This document shows positions 57,170 to 64,000 of a DNA stretch of 64,000 nucleotides, in pieces (the first letter of the stretch is position 1; each line of letters starts with the position of its first letter). The notes below the pieces were generated by a model, which worked only from the letters and a program-made list of their open reading frames with translations, ran no database searches and was not told the DNA's origin. This stretch comes from Planotetraspora phitsanulokensis (GTDB taxonomy: Bacteria > Actinomycetota > Actinomycetes > Streptosporangiales > Streptosporangiaceae). A program made the position numbers and the translations under genes. The stretch covers positions 37,952 to 101,951 of the forward strand of contig NZ_BOOP01000035.1 of assembly GCF_016863295.1 (NCBI RefSeq), given 5' to 3'.

Positions 57170-57315
57170 ACGACATGAGGCCGCGGCAGCCAAGCGACCT
57201 GGCTCCCGGGATCTACGTCCCGGATACAGTGGCGCGTCCGCACCGGCATCTCACCGGATTTCCCCTGGACAACCGCAAAACCTACCGGAACGTACCGTTT
57301 CCTCCCGATCGCGTC
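57170..57315 (-). ncRNA. Second cobalamin riboswitch (minus strand) in the leader of the chlID-cobO operon.
   Basis: Minus-strand RNA reads GGGGAAAUCCGGUGAGAUGCCGGUGCGGACGCGCCACUGUAUCCGGGAC...GGGAGCCAGGUCGCUUGGCUGCC. B12 box GCCACUG and flanking conserved pairs are present. About 110 nt upstream of the chlID start. Confidence 0.7.
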
Positions 57316-57319
57316 AACC

Positions 57320-57339
57320 ATGTGAGGATCTCCTCACAT
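57320..57339. promoter_or_regulatory. Perfect 20-bp palindrome ATGTGAGGATCTCCTCACAT immediately upstream of the minus-strand riboswitch; candidate operator or promoter element.
   Basis: Seen directly; 9-bp arms and a 2-bp centre. Flanked by the partial outer repeat GCGTCAACC...CGATGACGC. Confidence 0.5.
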
Positions 57340-57526
57340 CGATGACGCGTCGGCCAGCGAATACCGCATCCGGTTGTGAGGCGTCGCACCCATGCATCGC
57401 ATCCGGTCGCGAGGAGACGCGCCCCATGAAGGGACGAACCGCAGCCCGTACCGGCGCTGCGGGTGTGGGGTCCAGGTGAAGCGGGGTCCACTCCGGGAGC
57501 CCATCTCCTCGGGAATGAACTGGGCT

Positions 57527-57865
57527 CTACTGCGGGAGCCCGTCTCCCGGGAATCCCCGCACGGGATGCACCTCGTACGTGAAGACACCGGCACGAACTC
57601 CAGGGTCGTCATCCATGAGCGTCCGCACTTCTTCGACCGAGGCGTTGAAGATTCCGACGCCGCAGAGGTCGGAGTCGTCCATGACCGGCAAGACGACGGA
57701 CAGGCTCCCCTCTGCGCGCAGGGCGAAGTTGTGCCGCACATGTTCCCAGATGACGGCGTCGCTGCCCTCCTTGCCGTAACCGTCTGCCGCCTTCAGCAAC
57801 ACCGCGACGAACTCTCGCGCACGGGTCAGCTGCTCTCGCATGTAATCGTCACTGATCTCCGTCAT
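57527..57865 (-). CDS. YciI-like (Dabb/stress-responsive) small protein.
   Basis: ATG at 57865 with RBS GGAGG at 7 nt. About 112 aa. Motif pattern (REFVAVLLKA...VRAGVFTYEVHPV) resembles YCII-related domain proteins. Confidence 0.6.
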   Translation of the reverse strand: MTEISDDYMREQLTRAREFVAVLLKAADGYGKEGSDAVIWEHVRHNFALRAEGSLSVVLPVMDDSDLCGVGIFNASVEEVRTLMDDDPGVRAGVFTYEVHPVRGFPGDGLPQ

Positions 57866-57996
57866 TCCGTACCTCCACATGCGCTCATGTCGGTCGGCCA
57901 CCGCGCGTCGAGGCTCATGGTGGCACGGAAGATGTCACCTCGACGGTCGCGGGAGGCTGCCGCATCGACCGGATCGGCCCTGTCCTACACCCGCGT

Positions 57997-58101
57997 CGCC
58001 GATCCGGGACCGTGAACGCCGATCCGGGACCGTGAACGCCGATCCGCAGCCGCGGACGCCGATCCGGGTGGCCGTGGACGCCGATTCGGGGCCGCGGCGG
58101 G
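57997..58101. repeat. Tandem repeat of a 21-bp unit (CGCCGATCCGGGACCGTGAA), 5 progressively degenerate copies, intergenic.
   Basis: Seen directly between the yciI-like gene and the HNH/DUF222 gene. Confidence 0.7.
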
Positions 58102-58181
58102 CGCGTCGTCGCGACGCGCGACCAAACGGCGCACGACCACAACGAGTACCACCAGACGACGCACCATCGGACGGCGCACGA

Positions 58182-61007
58182 TCAGAACGGCGGCACGTCC
58201 CACAACAAGGAGGCCGTCCTACCCTCACTTGCCGCGTTGCGGCCAGTGCTTCGCTCACCCGCTCGCAGATCGCCTGGACCCTCAGGCGCAGGGTCGGCGT
58301 CGGGAGCCTGGCCTGCTTCCGGCGCACGTTCGGCTGCCATGATCGGAGCTTCGTCATCGCCGATGACCTCCATCGGTACGTCAGGCCAATTGCGAGGCTC
58401 TGGCCGAGGCAGCGCAGTCATGATCGGCGGGAGCTGTGAGGCGTAGTCATGGCCAAGAGGGCTGGTCCAGACGACGAGTCCGGGCTCGGACATGGTGACG
58501 AGCCAGCGACCCTGGTGTTTGGCCCGATGGTCGTGCCGGCAGACCAGGTGCAGGTTGCCCACGTCACTGGCTCCCCCAGACGCCCACTCGATGACGTGGT
58601 CCTGGTCAGTCTTGGTCGCAGGCACGCGGCATCCCGGCCGGGAACATCCCCGTCCGCGGATTTGGAGGTACCGCCGCAATGTCGCGACCGCCCGCCTCCG
58701 GTCCCTTCCAGGCGGCGGGTCACCCCGCCCGTGCCCCCATTCCTCTCCCTTGTCGTGTCCCCTTGATCGAGTGTCACCGTTTGTCGCGACCGAATCGGCG
58801 CTCTGCCGAGCGAGATCGACGAGAACTCCGGCCCAGGCGTCGAATTCCACTGAACGGCGAACAAGGTCGTCCAGTCTCCGCTGAGTGATCTGCAGTTCCA
58901 CGATCCCGCCGCGTCGGCTGTCTCGCAGCGGACGAGCGCACGGGGCCACTGGGCGGTGATGAGTCAGTCCAACGTGTGTGAGTTGTCCATCGTCGGAACA
59001 GATCGCGAACCGCCACTCGCCTGCCGCCATTCCGGCCACGATGCGGCGCGCCAGACCTGCGTGGACCAGCCCCCATCCGGGCACTTCCGCCGGATGCTCG
59101 TCCAGCCCGAGAAGAGTGGTCAGCTCAACCCGCACCTCACCGACCGTCCACCTCTTCGCTCTGGTCCTGCTGCCGGGTACGTGGGCGTCGTCGTGGTCCG
59201 CGCTGCGAATCGCGTTGAGAGCTGAACCACCTTGTCGCTGAGTGTGCGGAGGTTCGTCTCGCTCCACCGATTCCGGACCGGGTTCGTACGCCGATGCCGA
59301 GTCAGGCCCGCAACCCGGAGGGTTGCTCGGCGCGATGCCACCTCCGCAGGTCTCGTCACCATCGTGGTCGCCCCCGAATCGGGGACCGATCCCATCGGAA
59401 GCACCCTCATCGGCAGAGTCAGGTCCGGCACCGCCGACGACGCCTCCGTCGGAATCCTGCGTCGCGCGGCTGTGAGGCGTCCTCTCCGCATGGTTCGAGG
59501 GACAACTCTCGCTCTGGCTCTCGGCGTGACTCTCGGACCGGCTCCCAGCACGGTCTTCGGACCGGCACTCATCATGGCTCCCAGAAGGGCCCTCCATGTG
59601 GCTCTCAGGGCGATTGCCGGCGCGCTCAGCATCCTCTGAATCGTCGGATTCACTCCGGCCGGTGCCGTTCCTCGTGGTGGGGCTGGTCGGATTGGCACAG
59701 CCATGTCGATCGGCACGCCTGGCTCCGCGTCGGCCCCCGGCGGTGCTCGCATGATTCGGGCTTCCAGCCGAAGATGAAAGATCGGAGTCGGGGTCGACAG
59801 TAGATGGCAGCTCGGCGAACGGATGAGCCAGAACGTGAGCGACCACCTGCTGGTCGGCCAGCCCTTCGAACGACCCGTCCAGCGAACCCAGAAACAGGTC
59901 CACCCGAATGTGATCAATGGGCCGACCATCTCCCGCACGCTTGCAGGCGCGTGCCAGCTCATCGATTCGCTCGCACCCGGCCGCCGCCCTGTCCATGGGG
60001 AGGTCCAGGCCCGACACCGTCGCGGTTCCGTCCTCCTGACGGACTCCGATCACCCGGCGACGCCGTACTGCCTCCCGGTAGCGCTTCTCCGCCCACTGCG
60101 GATCGATCGCCAGCACGAGCCGCTGAATCTGCTCGACCAGCTCTCCGACCGTCCATCCAGGCGCCTGCGGCAGTAGGAGCTCGCAAACCCGGGCCGCCTG
60201 TTCGCATGTCAGCCCGGCTGTCCAGCGGACAAATGCCTCGGCCCGAGGCTCATCCAGTCGCCCGGCCAGCATCTCCTCCCCCAACAGGGGCAGTCGCCGG
60301 TGCACGTTCCAGGCCCGCTCGAACGTCGCGTCCGACCGACGCCGCGACCAGACCAAGGCCGCCCGGACCTCATCGGGGCCGAACTCGTCGGGCACCTCCA
60401 ATCGGCGCACCGAACCACCAGACAGCGGCTCCCTCAGGCCCACCTCCAGCACCGCCTGAAGGAAGCGCGCACGCTCGTGACACAACTGCCGATACGCCGC
60501 TTTCACCACCTCAACCGCATCGAACCCCGACACCTGAGCGACGTCGATCTTCGCCAACATCGCGCTCAACTCGGAGCCGGCCGGCACCTCAGCCAGACCT
60601 TCCGGGAGCGGGATGGGGAGCGTGCTGTTACCGCCGCCGAGCCCGGGACACCCCGAGGACAACCATCCCGATCCGGCAGATGCATCAGGAGAACGGGGTG
60701 AAAATGGGACGGAGGAGGAGGACGAGGGCGCAGGAGGAAATGAGGTCGAAGAAGCCGCAGACGCAGACGCCGGCGGTGGCGGTGATAGCACTGGCGAGGG
60801 CGCCGACGGGGAGGAGAAAGGCACAGCGGCAAGCGGCACGGAAGGCTGCGCACACCCCTGCGACGAGCCGTACACGGCGAGCCCTCCTTGCCGGAGACGA
60901 AACGACGGACTGCGATTTCCCGGCCGCCCGGACCAGGACCTTCTCTGCAGGCAATCGACGACTTCATCACGCGGCGTACGGCCAAGCGGCCCGCCAATCA
61001 AGCTCAC
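58182..61007 (-). CDS. HNH endonuclease-signature protein with DUF222 N-terminal domain (REP13E12-type), carrying a long low-complexity Pro/Ser/Ala N-terminal region.
   Basis: DUF222-like block (LAEVPAGSELSAMLAKIDVAQVSGFDAVEVVKAAYRQLCHERARFLQAV). C-terminal HNH motif (CSRPGCRVPATKTDQDHVIEWASGGASDVGNLHLVCRHDHRAKH). Start is uncertain (maximal ORF given); the first about 130 codons are low-complexity. Confidence 0.7.
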   Translation of the reverse strand: MSLIGGPLGRTPRDEVVDCLQRRSWSGRPGNRSPSFRLRQGGLAVYGSSQGCAQPSVPLAAVPFSSPSAPSPVLSPPPPASASAASSTSFPPAPSSSSSVPFSPRSPDASAGSGWLSSGCPGLGGGNSTLPIPLPEGLAEVPAGSELSAMLAKIDVAQVSGFDAVEVVKAAYRQLCHERARFLQAVLEVGLREPLSGGSVRRLEVPDEFGPDEVRAALVWSRRRSDATFERAWNVHRRLPLLGEEMLAGRLDEPRAEAFVRWTAGLTCEQAARVCELLLPQAPGWTVGELVEQIQRLVLAIDPQWAEKRYREAVRRRRVIGVRQEDGTATVSGLDLPMDRAAAGCERIDELARACKRAGDGRPIDHIRVDLFLGSLDGSFEGLADQQVVAHVLAHPFAELPSTVDPDSDLSSSAGSPNHASTAGGRRGARRADRHGCANPTSPTTRNGTGRSESDDSEDAERAGNRPESHMEGPSGSHDECRSEDRAGSRSESHAESQSESCPSNHAERTPHSRATQDSDGGVVGGAGPDSADEGASDGIGPRFGGDHDGDETCGGGIAPSNPPGCGPDSASAYEPGPESVERDEPPHTQRQGGSALNAIRSADHDDAHVPGSRTRAKRWTVGEVRVELTTLLGLDEHPAEVPGWGLVHAGLARRIVAGMAAGEWRFAICSDDGQLTHVGLTHHRPVAPCARPLRDSRRGGIVELQITQRRLDDLVRRSVEFDAWAGVLVDLARQSADSVATNGDTRSRGHDKGEEWGHGRGDPPPGRDRRRAVATLRRYLQIRGRGCSRPGCRVPATKTDQDHVIEWASGGASDVGNLHLVCRHDHRAKHQGRWLVTMSEPGLVVWTSPLGHDYASQLPPIMTALPRPEPRNWPDVPMEVIGDDEAPIMAAERAPEAGQAPDADPAPEGPGDLRAGERSTGRNAASEGRTASLLWDVPPF

Positions 61008-61614
61008 CTGTAACGGCTAGCCCAACCATATATCGAACACACGATCGATGCAAGATGTCTATGCTGCGCAACGACCCTCATCGACCCGCGATCCGGTGGC
61101 CAACCACCACCTGCCCGCAGGAGACCCCCACAGAGCGCGCGACGCCGAGGCCGACGCGGAGATCTGGTGGGGATTCGGTACGGCACGAGACCATGGCCTG
61201 CTAGGGGCGATGCGGTAGCCGGCTTGGTGCGCGCGACCTGGCCCCGTGCGATGGAGTAGCTCAGTGCTGTGGCGGGGTGGCCCGTGTGATGCGGGACGTC
61301 GCGGAGAGCTGGTGCCGGGGAGGCGGCCCGCTGGGACGGATGGCTGGCCAGCATCGTGTGCGCCTGCCCCGGCTCTGCCCTTCTCCGCCTTTACCCTGCC
61401 CTGCGTCCCCCCCTGCCCCGGCTCTGCCCCTTCTGTCGCATATCTGGACAAGTCGATCAACGGTACGGCTCGGTTTGGGGACCTCCCATCGAATCCCAGG
61501 AGTGCCAGACCTAGGCTGCTGTTTCAGAGGGACATCATTTGAGGGACACCACCCGAGGGATACCAACCGAGGGACAAGGGACACCATCTTCGCGACGCGA
61601 CGGAGGTGAGCCGA

Positions 61615-61959
61615 GTGAACGACTTCCGCGTCTCGACCGAGCTTCACCCGCCTTTCACCATCATCAATGTGTGCGGCGAGCTCGACATCGCCACAGAACC
61701 GGAGCTACGCAGGCGGGTCGAAGCGATCCTCGACCACCCAACGGCGCGACTGCTCTTCGACCTCAGCAATGTGGAATTCCTCGACAGCACAGGGCTTCAA
61801 ATCATCTTTGACACCTATGTCCGTCTTGGCCGGGGGCATCGTGTGGCCGTCTGCGGCCTGTCTCCACGGATCAAGAAGGTCTTCGACGCCCTCGGCCTTT
61901 CAGAAGAAATCATCATTTATGCGGACTGTTCGGACGCGTTGTCGCACCCGGACGCCTGA
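61615..61959 (+). CDS. STAS-domain anti-sigma-factor antagonist (SpoIIAA-like).
   Basis: GTG at 61615 (RBS GACGGAGG about 9 nt upstream; alternative GTG at 61606). Motifs (FTIINVCGELDIATEPELRRRVEAIL; LLFDLSNVEFLDSTGLQIIFD). Confidence 0.75.
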   Translation: MNDFRVSTELHPPFTIINVCGELDIATEPELRRRVEAILDHPTARLLFDLSNVEFLDSTGLQIIFDTYVRLGRGHRVAVCGLSPRIKKVFDALGLSEEIIIYADCSDALSHPDA

Positions 61960-62060
61960 CGCACCTCACCCGGACGCCTGACGCGTCGCACCGGAACGCG
62001 TCACACCCGGGCTCCCTAGGCCCCCCACCCCGGGACGCCTGAACGCACCCCTCCCAGACG
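61960..62060. repeat. Short direct repeats of CCCGGACGCCTGACGC-like units (3-4 copies) downstream of the STAS gene.
   Basis: Seen directly: ...CCCGGACGCCTGACGCGTCGCACCGGAACGCGTCACACCCGGG...CCGGGACGCCTGAACGCACC... Confidence 0.5.
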
Positions 62061-62233
62061 TCTGACTCCCATGAAGCTCGGACCCGGCAGATCGCCCACA
62101 GGAATGAAGTCCCGCGAACCGAACGGCCGGTGATCCCGGCCCGAAGGCCCGAATCACCGGCCGGCATCGGCATGGAGCCGACGTGAAACGTGCGGCCTAC
62201 GTGGAGCCCATACGGGACCCACGTAGAGCCCGC

Positions 62234-64000
62234 TCAGTTGGTGATCAGATCGAACGACTCCCACGGGCCGATTGCGTCACGGTTGGCGATCAGCGGCTGG
62301 GCGCCGCCGCCCTCCGCGCAGACGTACTTGCTGTTCACCCCGGCCCTGAGGCTGACGGAGCCGTCCGGGTTGTTGATCAGCTGGAAGGTCTCCCACGACC
62401 CTGCCGACGGCCGGTTGGCGATCAGCGCCGCGGCCCCGGCGTTCTCCGCGGTCACGAACTGGTTATTGCTCTTGGCCCGCAGGGCGATGTTGCCGTTGCC
62501 GAGGTTGACCCGTTCGAACTGCTCGCTCGTCCCGATGGCCGTCTTGTTCGCGATCAGCGGCGTTCCGGTGGGCGCGGTGACGTACAGGTTGTTCGCCCGG
62601 GAACGCAGGCTGACGGTCCCCGCGCCGGAGGAGCCGCTGGTGACGCGCACGGCGTCGACCATGCCCACCGCCGTCGCCTTGTTGACGATCTTCAGGGTGT
62701 GCTGGCCGTTGGACAGCCCGGTCTTGCTGTACACGACCTGCTGGACCTGGCGTCCTCCGGACACGTTCAGGTTGACGTTGGTCTGGAAGACGTTGTCGAT
62801 GTAGACGTCGACGTTGCCCATGTCGCCGTTGCGCTCGGACAGGTAGTCGATGCCGGTCCCGGTGAAGGTGTACGTGGCGGTGGCGCCGACGGTGTTGGTG
62901 TGGTGGGTGTCGTCGTTGTAGTCGCCGTAGCCACGGGACGTGGTCTGGTACCAGTTCGAGTCGTACGTCAGCTCGGTGTCGTTGATGAGCGAGTTCGACG
63001 TCTGCGCCGCCGTGCCGAGCGCCGAGGCGGTGCCGCTCAGGGTCTTGACGCCCTGGTTGGCCGTGCCGGTCAGCGTGGTCGAGGTGTACGTGCTGAGCGG
63101 CTTGGCGGTGCGCTCCACGACGTAGACCGTGTTCGCGGCGGTCGGGAAGGTGACCTCACCACTGGAACTGGTCGTGATGATCGCGTTGTCGGACGTCCTG
63201 CGGACCTGGACCTGCTGGGTGCCCCAGGGGTTGACGACCGTGGCCTGCTTGCCGTACTGGCTCCTGAGCCCGACGTACTTGATCTCGCCGGCCTCGCGCT
63301 CGGAGCTGACGAGGAAGCCGTCCTTGGCCAGCAGGGTGAACTTCCCGACGAACGACGAGTCGCCAGGCACGGCGGGGAACACGCGGATCTTGTCGTTGTA
63401 ACTCTGCAGCAGCGTCTCGTTCATCGCCGTCAGGTGCACGCCGAGGTACTCGAAGACGCCGTTGGTGTTGTTGGTCATGCCGTTCGGGTAGTTCTGGTAC
63501 TTCTGCAGCATCGTCTTCATGCCGTTGTACGCCTGGTCTCCGAGGCCCAGCCGGGCGGCCTGGACGGCGTCGTTGGCCCACACGTTGCCGTACGGGAACG
63601 GCCGCTGGTTCCAGGTGTTCACCGCGGTCTGGTAGTCGGAGTAGCCGATGCCGGTCAGGTCGTACGGCCAGATCAGCTCGGACGAGACGTTCTCGCCGTT
63701 GCGCGTCTGCGAGATCGGCGGCTGGTGCGGCTGGTAGGCGCCGTTGGACACGACGTACGGAACGAGGTGGTCGAGCACGTTCTGCCACGTCGACCGCAGC
63801 CCCGCGTCGACGCCGAGCTGCTGGCTGACCTGGATGGTCAACGGGAAGATGCTGCGCACGGCGGCCAGGTCCGTGATCGCGTTGCGGACGTTCCAGTACG
63901 TCTCGTGCGAGTTCGAGTTGGCCATGTAGTACGTGTTGTTGCTCGTGTCGTGCGTCAGCATCGCCGAGTAGAACTTCGCGGTCTCCCGCATGAACGGGTA
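62234..64000 (-). CDS. Glycoside hydrolase (probably six-hairpin/alpha-alpha toroid catalytic region) with a carbohydrate-binding middle domain and two C-terminal beta-trefoil (fascin/CBM13/42-like) repeats. The 5' end lies beyond the window edge.
   Basis: Frame is open to nt 64000 (…YPFMRETAKFY…). C-terminal repeated units (LIANKTAIGTSEQFERV... / LIANRPSAGSWETFQLI... / LIANRDAIGPWESFDLI) are typical of beta-trefoil lectin repeats. Asn/Thr/Ser-rich composition typical of secreted actinomycete hydrolases. Confidence 0.7.
   Translation of the reverse strand, partial: YPFMRETAKFYSAMLTHDTSNNTYYMANSNSHETYWNVRNAITDLAAVRSIFPLTIQVSQQLGVDAGLRSTWQNVLDHLVPYVVSNGAYQPHQPPISQTRNGENVSSELIWPYDLTGIGYSDYQTAVNTWNQRPFPYGNVWANDAVQAARLGLGDQAYNGMKTMLQKYQNYPNGMTNNTNGVFEYLGVHLTAMNETLLQSYNDKIRVFPAVPGDSSFVGKFTLLAKDGFLVSSEREAGEIKYVGLRSQYGKQATVVNPWGTQQVQVRRTSDNAIITTSSSGEVTFPTAANTVYVVERTAKPLSTYTSTTLTGTANQGVKTLSGTASALGTAAQTSNSLINDTELTYDSNWYQTTSRGYGDYNDDTHHTNTVGATATYTFTGTGIDYLSERNGDMGNVDVYIDNVFQTNVNLNVSGGRQVQQVVYSKTGLSNGQHTLKIVNKATAVGMVDAVRVTSGSSGAGTVSLRSRANNLYVTAPTGTPLIANKTAIGTSEQFERVNLGNGNIALRAKSNNQFVTAENAGAAALIANRPSAGSWETFQLINNPDGSVSLRAGVNSKYVCAEGGGAQPLIANRDAIGPWESFDLITN

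Noticed and set aside
57334-57741. 135-aa minus-strand ORF overlapping the riboswitch-upstream repeats and the yciI-like gene
   Set aside because: Out of frame with the yciI-like CDS, Cys/Ser/Arg-rich junk-like composition, no RBS.
44340-58101. Tandem repeats (44340-44410; 57997-58101) as possible CRISPR arrays
   Set aside because: Units are directly adjacent with no unique spacers and no cas genes nearby, so they are simple tandem repeats.
61240-61340. tRNA-like fragment (GGAGTAGCTCAGTG...) upstream of the HNH/DUF222 gene
   Set aside because: No T-loop (GGTTCGANTCC), no acceptor-stem complementarity and no plausible cloverleaf. Probably a chance D-loop-like string or an eroded integration remnant.

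Overview
High-GC (about 70-72%) actinomycete chromosomal segment, with Streptomyces/Streptosporangiales-like codon usage; many ORFs in the six-frame track are long antisense artefacts. I support about 50 protein-coding genes plus 2 cis-regulatory RNAs. Blocks from left to right: (1) a large secreted PQQ-dehydrogenase-like/PKD/CBM/Ig/FIMAH protein, and the first of two paralogous ECF sigma/anti-sigma pairs (the second pair lies at 14.9-16.6 kb on the minus strand). (2) Small regulator-target pairs: TetR with a membrane protein and clear operator repeats; an ArsR-SRPBCC-VOC operon; LysR with an MFS transporter; DUF5937 with an MFS transporter. (3) A sensorless histidine kinase, a GAF-Fis regulator, an ABM-truncated-hemoglobin fusion, an SDR, a secreted beta-propeller protein and a lipoprotein. 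(4) A minus-strand locus reading RNA-ligase-like minimal nucleotidyltransferase | AT-rich promoter | NfeD/YqiJ-like membrane protein, flotillin (SPFH), a 1682-aa protein with a C-terminal MoxR-like AAA+ module, and a LAL (STAND-LuxR) regulator, all with 7-26 nt gaps. This is my best candidate for an undescribed membrane-associated system. (5) A PadR-ABC exporter operon, a methyltransferase, and a NarL-type two-component system. (6) An aerobic-type cobalamin cluster: PPOX/F420 gene coupled to cobL, then cobM, cbiD, cobK, cobIJ, cobH, cobG, cobN, cobO and a chlI-chlD fusion, with two cobalamin riboswitches (one per strand). (7) A YciI-like gene, tandem repeats, a REP13E12-type HNH/DUF222 protein, a STAS anti-sigma antagonist, and a partial glycoside hydrolase with beta-trefoil repeats at the window end. 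I found no rRNA, tRNA, CRISPR array or transposase. Several strong inverted and tandem repeats are listed separately.
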